Positions 9,383 through 18,784 of a DNA stretch of 64,000 nucleotides are shown here, piece by piece. Origin of the DNA: an uncultured Gemmataceae bacterium. GTDB lineage: Bacteria; Planctomycetota; Planctomycetia; Gemmatales; Gemmataceae. The notes beneath the pieces are model-generated. The model had not been told where the DNA came from and searched no databases. It saw nothing but the letters and a program-made list of their open reading frames with translations. The stretch lies in assembly GCA_963750165.1 (NCBI GenBank), contig CAVVPN010000011.1, forward strand, positions 992,001-1,056,000, read 5' to 3'. A program made the translations under genes and the position numbers. Every line of letters starts with the position of its first letter. Positions within the stretch are counted from its first letter, which is position 1.

Positions 9383-10232
9383 TGCTTGGCCTCCTCTCGA
9401 CGTGCTTCGGCAGCGCGCGCCTTGAGCAGCATCCATTCTCTCCCAGCCGCGAGAGTCTCGTATTCTTCCACCGTGATCCCGCGCTTGAAGTGAAAGACGA
9501 CGTTTCGGAGATCCCGCAATTGTTCGAGCTTGGCCCTTGCGCCACTCGGTTTCCGCCCATGAAGGTCTGGAAATGGTCCCAACTGCGGCCATCACCGATG
9601 ATCTGCACGTAGTCGTTGAACGTCATGTCTTCCAGCCGCGTCGGAAGCTGATCTGCGTATTTGTCCTTGAGGCATTCTTTGGCGCAAGCCGCGAGTGTCT
9701 CAGGGGCCACTGCCAACTGGATAAGCGCTCGCAGGGCGAGTTCGATTTCGGCGATCAGCACAAAGGGGCTTGCTACGCCATACAGATAACGCAGTATGTC
9801 CATTGCCGTCACGATTCCCTGCAACCGATTCGGTTCGCCGACTAGAACGGAATCGAATTGGTCGATGAAATCGAACCACTCCACAAATTCATCGGTGACA
9901 CGCGCAAACGTCGGTTTTTCGAGGCAGTCCTCGACCAGCAATTCCAATGGATTGAATCTCTGATTCTTGGGAGCAGATTGACCGAGCGTGACAACGGCAT
10001 TGGCAAAGGAACGATAAGAAAAGAGTCCAAGGACTTCTCGGCCAACGACTACTGGAAGCTGCGAGAACCGATGCTCCTTCATTTTCTTGAGTGCATCCAC
10101 GGCCAGCATGTCTGGAGGCACGGCGACAATCTGCTGGTCAACAGGGAGAACGCTGTTCAGGCGATGGAAGAGTTCCGTTACCGACAGTGCAGCCCCGCCA
10201 AGGGCCTTCAACAGTATCTTGGTTGCGTTCAT
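9379..10232 (-). CDS. CBS-pair + Swt1-like HEPN protein, split by a frameshift near 9540
   Basis: CBS motifs FSQLPVV..VLGLFS and LQGIVTAMDIL, then LEDMTFNDYVQII. The C-terminus continues in another frame as ARAKLEQLRDLRNVVFH (RxxxxH) and ends at 9379. Confidence 0.72.
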
Positions 10233-10306
10233 TCGTTGCCCTCTCCATCGTCGGCAGACAGAGGTGTGGATGGCTCGCGCATGGCCCGCTCGTGGTGGTT
10301 CATAGC

Positions 10307-13300
10307 CTATTCCTCCCTCCAGATCACGCTGCCTTCGTAGCCAAGGACGCCGTGGCGGATCGCGCTGTTGATGGCCGACTTGATGGCGTCCCGGCTAGTG
10401 TCGGTGACGCGAGCGAAACCAAGGTAGCGGGCAAGGGCGTGGATTACATCCTCGCGCTCATAGTTGGTCCCCTTCCGCATCACGGAGCGGAACGTCTCCC
10501 TCAGTTCGTCGAGGCCGTAGTCGGCCATCGTGCCGGTCCCAGCCCGCACCAAGCTGGCCCCGTCCGCCTCAATGATCCGGCGACGAATCGCCGCTCGCAG
10601 GTGCCCCCGCAGCGTCTCGTCAATCTTGGGACCGAGCCGCTGGAAACCGAGAGTCAGCGACACATCTTTCAACAGTTCATCCCGCTCCAGCCAACCCCGC
10701 CCTCGTGTCGCTTGGCGGAAAGCCGCCATGATGGTGTCCGCGTCGATCAGGTCGATGGAAACGGGCCGATTCGTGGGCTCGGCCTCGCTCTCGGGTTCAA
10801 GTTGATCGTCGTCTTTGGGCTCAGGGTCTTCTTCGTTGCCCTCATCGAACAGCGACTTGCCGCCCGCTGGAGGCGACGATTTCCGCCCGCGCCCACTCGA
10901 CGGCTTCTTGCCCTTCCCCTTCTTCTCGTGGAGCCCCTGCTTGACTTCCTCGGCGTATCGCTCGTGATTGAGCCTCAGTAGGCGGGCGAGAATCTCGTGC
11001 CGTGCCGGTTCGCTGATCGTGTTGCGACCACCTTGCTTCGTTTCATGGAATCCGTGGCCGAGGTTGAGATCATGCCAACCGTATGTAGCGACGACGGCAT
11101 TGTCCATTTGGGCGTGCAAGGCGCGTAGTTCTTCCACGTCGCGTGCCTTCTCCTCAGAATCATGAAGACGGTTGTATACCTTGGTAAGCCCTTCTTGTCG
11201 AGCAGTCATGATTTGCTGCCGCGCCAAGAGATACTCGTCCCCGATCTTGCGCAAGCCCTGAACGTCCAGAGGAAACGGAAACGTCTCGCAGCAATCGCTT
11301 GGCGAGTAGTTGAGACGGGATTCCAGTGACGATGAGTAGGCCCTTGCCCAAGGCTCGTGGACGTTCGATTGAAGTACGGAGAAGTCACCAGAATCGCTCG
11401 AAGGAAACACGCCAAGCCGATGAGCGAATACCTGAGCCGCTGGGACCAGCGCGATAGCAACGTGATGGGTCACAAGAGAGACAGCAAAGACTTTGCGCAG
11501 CTTCTTCTCACGAATCGCGGAATACAGTTCAATCGCCTTTCGACCAAATTGCCACCAGAACTTCGCGTACCCTTTGGCTGAGGCATCGTTCTTGAGTCCA
11601 AGCCGATCCCTCTCGGGCTTGACCTTGGCGCGCACAACTTCCAAACATGCTGGATAGTCGGAGGCCACTGGTCCTCGGTAGTCGCTCGCGGCTGACTTTC
11701 GGTCGAGCGGCCAGTCAAAGAAGTTTATCACCCACCGGGTCGCTGACTGATCGACTTGGGAATTTAGGTCTTCTCCGTTTAGATAGGGAAACAGAACCTC
11801 GCTGTTACGCTCGTTCTGCTTCAGAAGTTCGTGAGCTTCCTCTTGGCTCACGACAAAGCCTATCCCAACGATGTTCGAGCCCTGAAAGCAACGGCCACGA
11901 TTCGCACTCAAGCGTGAAGGTGGACCGCCGACCACGTTAGAAGTAGTCAGGAAAGGAGTGATACCGGGAACGTGCGTCTCATCAAGAACGAACGGGCCAC
12001 TCCATTGTCCGAGCCGGACCCAGACATGGGCCACTTCAAGATTCGCAGTTCCGGGCCACTTACGACTCGGCACTGCACGCGGTACGGTACAGCCAGAGGC
12101 GACCAACGACTCCAGTGATACTTCCCGCGTATCGCCCTGTGCAATGGTGTTGGTGGCAAGGAATCCAAACTGACCGTTTTCCCGAAGCAGGGTCTTGGCT
12201 CGAAGGAAGAAGTAGGCACAGAGATCGGCGCTGCCCTTCTTATTGTTCGCCAAGTGTTCCACAAGGTAGTTTCGGTAGGCTGTACCAAGGACTCCCGTGA
12301 TCTTTTTGCCGCCCATGAACGGCGGATTGCAGACGAAGGCGTCGAAGCCACCCCGGTCCACCAGCACCTCGGGAAACTCCAGCGGCCAGTGGAATGTCGG
12401 ATTGCCGCGCATGCCCTTTCTCGCCGCCGCGCTGAACTCCTCCACAGTTCCTTTCTCGACGTAGTATCCCGCCTGTATCGCCATGCTGTTGTGGAGCCGC
12501 TCTTTCCCCTCGGGAGCCTCTTGAAACTCGACCGATAGCAGCAGATCAGCGGCGCAGCGGAGTCGGGCGGTCTTCGCTTCGACCTCAGCAAGCAACTTCT
12601 CCTTGGCCTGCACATCCTCGACCGTGTTCGCAGGAGCCGCTTCGATCTTCTTCCGCAGGGCGATGGCGTCGTCCACCCAGTCTTCGAGCGGCCCCTTGAA
12701 TTTCAGCGTACCCGGCTGGTCCGCCTCCAAATGGAAGTTCTTGAGTTGTCCGAGGTCTTTGATCCCCACCAGCGAGTCGCCGGTGCGGATCGCGTGGTCG
12801 AGGAAGGTGAACGGCTTGTCTTTGGCAACCGTCAGTAGCCAGAGGGACAGCTTCGCCATTTCCACCGCGAGGTGGTTCTTGTCCACGCCGTACAGGCAGC
12901 GCTGGGCGACAATGCGGTGGGCGAACGCAAGCCGCTCGTTCGTGTCCGTGGGAATGGGTTGCTCCGAGGGCACCCCCTTCGATGGCTCCCCGTAAGGGGT
13001 GATGCGCGTCCCCTCGGGGTACTTCTCCTCGCGCTCCATCCATGCTTCGACCAGCCGTTGCGACAGATAGCGGCACGCCTGCACCAAGAAGGCTCCTGAT
13101 CCACACGCCATATCGCAAATTTTGAGGTCAAGCAGTTCCTTCGCCGACCGCAGATTCCACTCATCTTCGGGCTTGCCCTCGGCGGGGCCGACATACACAA
13201 GCGGCTCCAATGTGTAGCGGACGATGGGTTCGGTCAGTTCAGGAGGCGTGTAGTGCGTTCCGCTGGAGCGTCGGTCAGTCCCCTCCGTGACGAAGATGCT

Positions 13301-14953
13301 CCCGGTGCGAACGACCACGGGCCTATCGAACGTGTCGTTCCGCAGCAGGCCAGAGAAGCGAAGCACTCGCTGGAAGAGCTTCTCCTCGTTGCCACAAGTT
13401 GCCCGCAGTTTCTTGGCGTCCTCCCCTTCGAGCGGGGTGTCCAGTCCGCGATTGAGCGTCTTCTCCTGCCTGCCCGTCTGGTCGTTCAGGAACGCGATAA
13501 GGTCGGACTCGCCCTTGTCTTTCAGCCGCTCTACTGCGGCAAGGGCTACTTCCGTTTCCTTGCCTTTCGCACCGAGCAGGCCGAGCATCGGTTCGGCGGC
13601 GCGCTTCGCAGTGTGGTCGAGGAGTCCCTCGTAGACGTGGCCGATCTGTTCGATGCCGAGTGATTGGAAGCTCAGCCGAACAGCGAGGTCTTCCTTGCGC
13701 TCCCCTTGCAAGTATTGCAGAGAGCGCAGCAGGTGCAGCACCGTGCGATTGTTCACAGGCAGCGGTGTGGCCGGGGTATCCCGCCACATCGTCCCCGACT
13801 TACGGCCTTCGAGGAACGGGAAGCGGTCAGGGTTGAAGAGGTTGCCTCCGTAGGCGGGCAGTTTCATACGCTCGTGCTGGACGCCGCCGAACACGGCCCG
13901 AAAGATGGCGAGCAGCCGCGTGTAGGCATCGAGACGGCGTTCGAGAACCTCTTCGCCATGCTGGTCGGCGGCTTCTTGAAGCTGATCGAGGATCGTCGAG
14001 ACGGCGTAGTGCTGCAAGTACAGTTCGTCGTCCGTCTGTGCCGGGATCAGCTTGTTTTCCTCCGCGTAGAAGAGGAACACGAGCCGCATCATGACCGTGA
14101 GGGCGGCTTCGTAGAGTACAGCCTCGGACACCTCGCGCAAGAGTTTCCGTTCGTGGTCCTGATCGGCCCGGTCGAGCGACTGGATGAGTACCGCGACCGC
14201 CTGACGCACTTGAAGTCCCAACTGGTCGGTGACTTCCTTTTGGTGCGTGACGCTCTCGACCAACATCGCTTCTAACGTGTCGAGGTCGGCGACGGAGAAG
14301 AAGCGGCTGACGCCCAAGAGGCTGCGGAACGCCCGGAGTGTCAGCGGTTCGTCGAACCACAGGGTCGCGTACCACGAGGCGAAGCCCGCCGTGCGATCCC
14401 GTGGGGCATCGACGAGCATCCAGTGTTCGCCGTTGGTAACGAGACCGAGGCGGACATCCGTGGCGCGTAGGAGGTCCGCCATCCGGCTCGCGGGAGACGC
14501 ATTCCAGTGCCGTCCCACGATTGGCCTCTCCAAGTCCTGCTGAGACGGGTGGATCTGGACCAGCAGGCGGGGTTTACCAGTATTCGGCACTCCCTCCGGG
14601 TTGCGGACGAGGACATCGGGACGCAGCACCTCGCCGTGAAGGGCGATGTTCGCCTTGAGCGTCTGCGGGATGTCCTGCCCCTCGGCCATCACCTCGTCGG
14701 GTAGGCCGAGAGTCTGCTTGAGCACGAAGTCGATCCACGCCTTGTGAATGGCAGGATTGGGTCGGTGGCTGCTCTCGTTGTCATCCCACTCGTCATACGC
14801 CAGCCGCAAGTGACGGGCGTGCGCCTTCGCCTCGGGCGAGTCGTCCTTGTCGAGCCCCTGCGGGAAGACGCGCTCCAGCACCGGCAGCGTGAGGAACGGC
14901 CCAGCGACCTCGATCAGCGATAGCCATTCGGCGTGATGGCGTGATGCGGCCAT
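10307..14953 (-). CDS. drmMI: DISARM class I N6-adenine DNA methyltransferase DrmMI (type IIG/Eco57I-like)
   Basis: Motifs GTHYTP, DMACGSGAF, LYGVD, FHWPLEFPEV, CNPPF and ATNTIAQGDTR, plus an MmeI-like target-recognition region. Lies immediately after drmD. Confidence 0.85.
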   Translation of the reverse strand: MAASRHHAEWLSLIEVAGPFLTLPVLERVFPQGLDKDDSPEAKAHARHLRLAYDEWDDNESSHRPNPAIHKAWIDFVLKQTLGLPDEVMAEGQDIPQTLKANIALHGEVLRPDVLVRNPEGVPNTGKPRLLVQIHPSQQDLERPIVGRHWNASPASRMADLLRATDVRLGLVTNGEHWMLVDAPRDRTAGFASWYATLWFDEPLTLRAFRSLLGVSRFFSVADLDTLEAMLVESVTHQKEVTDQLGLQVRQAVAVLIQSLDRADQDHERKLLREVSEAVLYEAALTVMMRLVFLFYAEENKLIPAQTDDELYLQHYAVSTILDQLQEAADQHGEEVLERRLDAYTRLLAIFRAVFGGVQHERMKLPAYGGNLFNPDRFPFLEGRKSGTMWRDTPATPLPVNNRTVLHLLRSLQYLQGERKEDLAVRLSFQSLGIEQIGHVYEGLLDHTAKRAAEPMLGLLGAKGKETEVALAAVERLKDKGESDLIAFLNDQTGRQEKTLNRGLDTPLEGEDAKKLRATCGNEEKLFQRVLRFSGLLRNDTFDRPVVVRTGSIFVTEGTDRRSSGTHYTPPELTEPIVRYTLEPLVYVGPAEGKPEDEWNLRSAKELLDLKICDMACGSGAFLVQACRYLSQRLVEAWMEREEKYPEGTRITPYGEPSKGVPSEQPIPTDTNERLAFAHRIVAQRCLYGVDKNHLAVEMAKLSLWLLTVAKDKPFTFLDHAIRTGDSLVGIKDLGQLKNFHLEADQPGTLKFKGPLEDWVDDAIALRKKIEAAPANTVEDVQAKEKLLAEVEAKTARLRCAADLLLSVEFQEAPEGKERLHNSMAIQAGYYVEKGTVEEFSAAARKGMRGNPTFHWPLEFPEVLVDRGGFDAFVCNPPFMGGKKITGVLGTAYRNYLVEHLANNKKGSADLCAYFFLRAKTLLRENGQFGFLATNTIAQGDTREVSLESLVASGCTVPRAVPSRKWPGTANLEVAHVWVRLGQWSGPFVLDETHVPGITPFLTTSNVVGGPPSRLSANRGRCFQGSNIVGIGFVVSQEEAHELLKQNERNSEVLFPYLNGEDLNSQVDQSATRWVINFFDWPLDRKSAASDYRGPVASDYPACLEVVRAKVKPERDRLGLKNDASAKGYAKFWWQFGRKAIELYSAIREKKLRKVFAVSLVTHHVAIALVPAAQVFAHRLGVFPSSDSGDFSVLQSNVHEPWARAYSSSLESRLNYSPSDCCETFPFPLDVQGLRKIGDEYLLARQQIMTARQEGLTKVYNRLHDSEEKARDVEELRALHAQMDNAVVATYGWHDLNLGHGFHETKQGGRNTISEPARHEILARLLRLNHERYAEEVKQGLHEKKGKGKKPSSGRGRKSSPPAGGKSLFDEGNEEDPEPKDDDQLEPESEAEPTNRPVSIDLIDADTIMAAFRQATRGRGWLERDELLKDVSLTLGFQRLGPKIDETLRGHLRAAIRRRIIEADGASLVRAGTGTMADYGLDELRETFRSVMRKGTNYEREDVIHALARYLGFARVTDTSRDAIKSAINSAIRHGVLGYEGSVIWREE

Positions 14954-14967
14954 TGTCCCTACACCTC

Positions 14968-17900
14968 TCAGCGGGCCATCTTTTGCGGCACGAGGAACGT
15001 CACTGCCACGGGGAACAAGCGTGGTTGCGGGTCGGCGAAACGAAGTTTCACTGCCTCCGTCTCACGCTCGATCTCCTCGGGGATCTCCTGAAGCCTGTGT
15101 CGCAGGGCATCGACGTTCCGCTCGAACTGCTCCTGCTCGGCGGGAGCCATACCGGGAAGATACTGCTGCTGGTAGAACGGGTCATTAAGCTGGCCCTGAA
15201 TCGCCCGCCGCAATTCGGTCAGGATCGTCTCGATGTCTTTCGCTTCCTTCTCGGCTCGCTCGGCGAGCGCCCTCCTCAACCCGTCCGTTCGGTCCTTCAT
15301 CCGTGCTTCGAGTGCCTGCCGCAGCGACTCGGCATTCTTCGGCCACAGGGCCAGCAACTTCTCTTTGACGACTTTTGAGGGCTCCTCAGCGGTAGCCGCC
15401 GCCAATGCCTCCTGCATCTCCTTCAGAGATCCGAACCGCGAAAACCGTCCCTCCCGAAGCTGCCCGCCTGCTGTGATGATCTCCTCGTGGAGCCGGTGAC
15501 AGTCGCCGCCGATGACTACCAGTCGGGCATGTGCGACCATCGCCAGATGTTGTAGGGCGGTGTCTGGGATCACCCGCGCCGTGATCCGGTTCAGCCTCTT
15601 CCTGCCTTCCACCGACCAGACCTCGGCTCGCAGCAGGCGTAGGCCCATCTGCACGAGCCGGTGGTTCAGGTGGACGAGCGCGACATCATCCCGCCCCTTC
15701 GCCAAATCGTGAGCGAAGACGAACGGGCGCATCTTCTCCCGCTCGTAGGGGTCGTACAGGCCCTCAACGCACTGCTCCCAACTGCCGCTCAGGGCGGGCA
15801 GGTGGAAGACTGGGCAGGCGTGCAGTTTGGGATCGGGCCACATGCCCTTTACCTCGGCGGGGATGAGCGGCGGCTGACCGGCAAGCTCCAAAGCCACCTC
15901 GACGACCTTCTGGACGTTTTCGGGCGACAGGCGAAGCTCCCTCTTCGTCTCCTGCAACTGGTCCATCAACTGCTTGATCTGCTTTGCGAGGTCGCGCTCG
16001 AACTTCATGAGCCGCCGCACCGGCTCCGCGTCTGCCTCGGCCTTCTTGGTGTCAAGCCGCGAGCGTCGGCCCAGCATCGCTTCCTCGACCTGTTCGGCGA
16101 TGACGGGGCCGACTTTGCCGAGGTCTTCGCGGATCGCCTCTATCTTCCGCACGGCCCGCATGAGAAACTCAAGGTCGGCTTCGAGGTCGCCTACCGCTGT
16201 CTCAGCAATCCGGCGCTCGCGGTCGAGGTAGCCCTTGCCGACGAAGTGGTGGACCAGCACCTTCTTCGCCTTTTGCCCGTGGCGGTCGATGCGCCCATTC
16301 CGCTGCTCCAGCCGGTTCGGGTTCCACGGGATCTCGTAGTGGATCAAGCGCGAGCAGTAATTCTGAAGGTCAATACCCTCCGAGGCAGCGTCGGTGGCAA
16401 GTAGGATGCGCACAGGGCTCCGCTTTGGGTCGGTCTGGAATGCCGCTTTGACCCGCTCCCGCTCGTCCTTGTCCATGCCGCCGTACATGGTCATGAGCCG
16501 ATCCCCGGTCGTGAAGCCCTCAGCGGCGAATTTCTCCTGAAGCCAGTTCTGCGTGGCGCGGTATTCGGTGAAAATGATGACGCGAAGGTCGGACCATTTC
16601 CCTCCCGGTCGGATAGAGTCGTGCAGCCAACGGATCAGCCCCTTGGCCTTGGCGTCAAGCTGAGCGGTCGCCCGTCCAGCCCACGTCTTCATCGCCTTGA
16701 GCAGCGTCAGTTCGTCGTCCGTGGGCTCATGGAAAAGTAGGCTGGCAGCGTCGAGGGCATCGTTCGTCGCCTCGTCGGCCTCGTCGTCCACCGAGTAGTC
16801 TTCCTCCACGCGGTCGATCTGCCGCTGGAGGATACCCCGCGTCGGCCTCGTGATCGCCTTGCGTTTCTTGGCGTTTTTCAGGGAAAACTCATGTTGCTCC
16901 AGTGTGCGGAGGAAGGCGGCAGGGCTGGAAAAGAGCCGCTTCTTGAGCGTCATCAGCACGAAGTCGCTGGCGAAGCGCTCGGCGTGGTCATCGGACTTTG
17001 CCTGCCGCAGTCTTGTGTATTCTTTGAGGGCCGCGTGGACGCGCCGCTCCTCCTCGGGGTAATCGACCTCAAGCGCCTCCAGCACGCGCTTGGGGAAGCG
17101 GTCCTGCCCAAAGTCGTCCTTGGGCAACTCCGACTTCAGGCGGCGCACCATCACCACGTCGCGCTGCCGCATGAACTCCTTCGATTCCGTGGACATGCCA
17201 CGGGCGAATCGCTGGTTGTCCAGCAGTTCGAGCAAGGCCGTGAAGCTCTCCGAGTAGCCGTTGTGCGGCGTGGCCGTCAGGAAGAGCTTGTGCTCGAAGT
17301 GCGGCGCGAGCACCCGGATCGCTTCGGTACGCAGCGAGTCGGTGGCGTACTTGCCCCGGCCAGCCGGGGCGCAGTTGTGGGCCTCGTCCAGAATGAGTAC
17401 GTCGTAACGGCGGGGGTAGATCGACTCGCCTTCGGCGGGCAGAGTCTCCTTGAACAGACGCAGTGGTCGCTCGCGTTTGAGGAAGTCGATGGACGTAATG
17501 AGGCGCGGGAAGTGAGTCCACGGGTTGACGTGGATGCCGCGCTTGCGGCGCAACTCCCGCATCATCTCGCTGTCCACGATGCGGAAGTCGAGGCCGAACT
17601 TGTCCCGCATTTGGTCGCGCCACTGTACCTGAAGGGAGGACGGGCAGACGACCACTACACGCCTCGCCCGGTGCCGGATGATGAGTTCCGAGACGGTCAG
17701 CCCCGCCTCGATGGTCTTGCCGAGGCCCACGTCGTCGGCGATGAGCAGGTTTGCCCGTGGCATCTGGATGGCGCGCACCACCGGGTCAAGCTGGTAGTCC
17801 TCAATGTCGATGCCCGAGCGGAAGGGGGACTGGATGCTCTTCAGGTCGGCGGTCGAAGCCGCGCCCCAGCGGACGGCATCGAGGAAGGCATCGAGGCGGT

Positions 17901-18171
17901 CGGGGGCGTCGAAGCCGGTCGGTTCGGGCAGCGGCGACTTCTCGATGGCCTTAGCGCCGGGCTCCAGTTCCCAGATGACTTGCAGTTCTTCGCCGAGGCC
18001 ATCGTCCTCGACGGAAGACAGGGTGATGAGGTGCTGCGGGCTCCTGTCGAGTGGTTGCAGGGGGCCATCGACCAACGCACTCCTGACCACCTCGTTGACC
18101 ATCCACTGCCGCTGGCGGACGTTCACGAGTTGTCCCTGTTCTGGGGGACCAGCAAGAGCAGTGGTGGTCAT
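14968..18171 (-). CDS. drmD: DISARM SNF2-like helicase DrmD
   Basis: LLIADDVGLGKTIEAG, DEAHN, LTATPHNG, LATDAASEGIDLQ and WNPNRLEQRNGRIDR motifs; the N-terminus PEQGQLVNVRQRQW is DrmD-like. Start taken at ATG 18171. Confidence 0.9.
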   Translation of the reverse strand: MTTTALAGPPEQGQLVNVRQRQWMVNEVVRSALVDGPLQPLDRSPQHLITLSSVEDDGLGEELQVIWELEPGAKAIEKSPLPEPTGFDAPDRLDAFLDAVRWGAASTADLKSIQSPFRSGIDIEDYQLDPVVRAIQMPRANLLIADDVGLGKTIEAGLTVSELIIRHRARRVVVVCPSSLQVQWRDQMRDKFGLDFRIVDSEMMRELRRKRGIHVNPWTHFPRLITSIDFLKRERPLRLFKETLPAEGESIYPRRYDVLILDEAHNCAPAGRGKYATDSLRTEAIRVLAPHFEHKLFLTATPHNGYSESFTALLELLDNQRFARGMSTESKEFMRQRDVVMVRRLKSELPKDDFGQDRFPKRVLEALEVDYPEEERRVHAALKEYTRLRQAKSDDHAERFASDFVLMTLKKRLFSSPAAFLRTLEQHEFSLKNAKKRKAITRPTRGILQRQIDRVEEDYSVDDEADEATNDALDAASLLFHEPTDDELTLLKAMKTWAGRATAQLDAKAKGLIRWLHDSIRPGGKWSDLRVIIFTEYRATQNWLQEKFAAEGFTTGDRLMTMYGGMDKDERERVKAAFQTDPKRSPVRILLATDAASEGIDLQNYCSRLIHYEIPWNPNRLEQRNGRIDRHGQKAKKVLVHHFVGKGYLDRERRIAETAVGDLEADLEFLMRAVRKIEAIREDLGKVGPVIAEQVEEAMLGRRSRLDTKKAEADAEPVRRLMKFERDLAKQIKQLMDQLQETKRELRLSPENVQKVVEVALELAGQPPLIPAEVKGMWPDPKLHACPVFHLPALSGSWEQCVEGLYDPYEREKMRPFVFAHDLAKGRDDVALVHLNHRLVQMGLRLLRAEVWSVEGRKRLNRITARVIPDTALQHLAMVAHARLVVIGGDCHRLHEEIITAGGQLREGRFSRFGSLKEMQEALAAATAEEPSKVVKEKLLALWPKNAESLRQALEARMKDRTDGLRRALAERAEKEAKDIETILTELRRAIQGQLNDPFYQQQYLPGMAPAEQEQFERNVDALRHRLQEIPEEIERETEAVKLRFADPQPRLFPVAVTFLVPQKMAR

Positions 18172-18303
18172 GGAATCCTCGTAACGAGCGGCCTCCGTTG
18201 CCCGACCCGGTGATGTCCGACGACCGGCATCTTTGTGGTTGAACTCCAACGACAACTAGCTTATCCTTACGGTATGACGCCTGCAAGCAGGAACCGACAC
18301 AAA

Positions 18304-18666
18304 ATGACTTTCGGCCAGCGACTTCGGGATTTGCGGAAGGCCAAGAACCTCGGCCAGCGGGGGCTCGCCGAAAGGGTCGGGATCAACTTCACGTACCTGA
18401 GCAAGATCGAGAACGAGCGGCTCGATTTTGCCCAGTTCCCCAGCGAGGAGTTGATCCGCAAGTTGGCGAAGGCGCTCGACGCCGACGAGGACGAACTCCT
18501 GTTGCTGGCTGAGAAGATCCCCGAGCCAATTAAGAAGCGGGTGCTCCAGCGGCCAGACGCCTTCCGCAAACTGGCCTCGCTCGACGACGAAGCTCTTGAC
18601 GCCGTACTGGTCCAGATCGGGCAGCGCCCGGCCCCAGCGCAGCGGCGGCAGAAACGCAGCGAGTAA
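18304..18666 (+). CDS. XRE-family HTH regulator divergent from drmD
   Basis: MTFGQRLRDLRKAKNLGQRGLAERVGINFTYLSKIENE. Confidence 0.85.
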   Translation: MTFGQRLRDLRKAKNLGQRGLAERVGINFTYLSKIENERLDFAQFPSEELIRKLAKALDADEDELLLLAEKIPEPIKKRVLQRPDAFRKLASLDDEALDAVLVQIGQRPAPAQRRQKRSE

Positions 18667-18784
18667 CATGGCTTTTTTCCGCGTCGATTTTCGGGGCCAG
18701 TTGCACGACCCGGACGGCAACCTCACCAGATACCGTGAGCGAAGTGCTCAAGCCGCTGGACGGGACCGCGCAGCAAGCGGCGGG

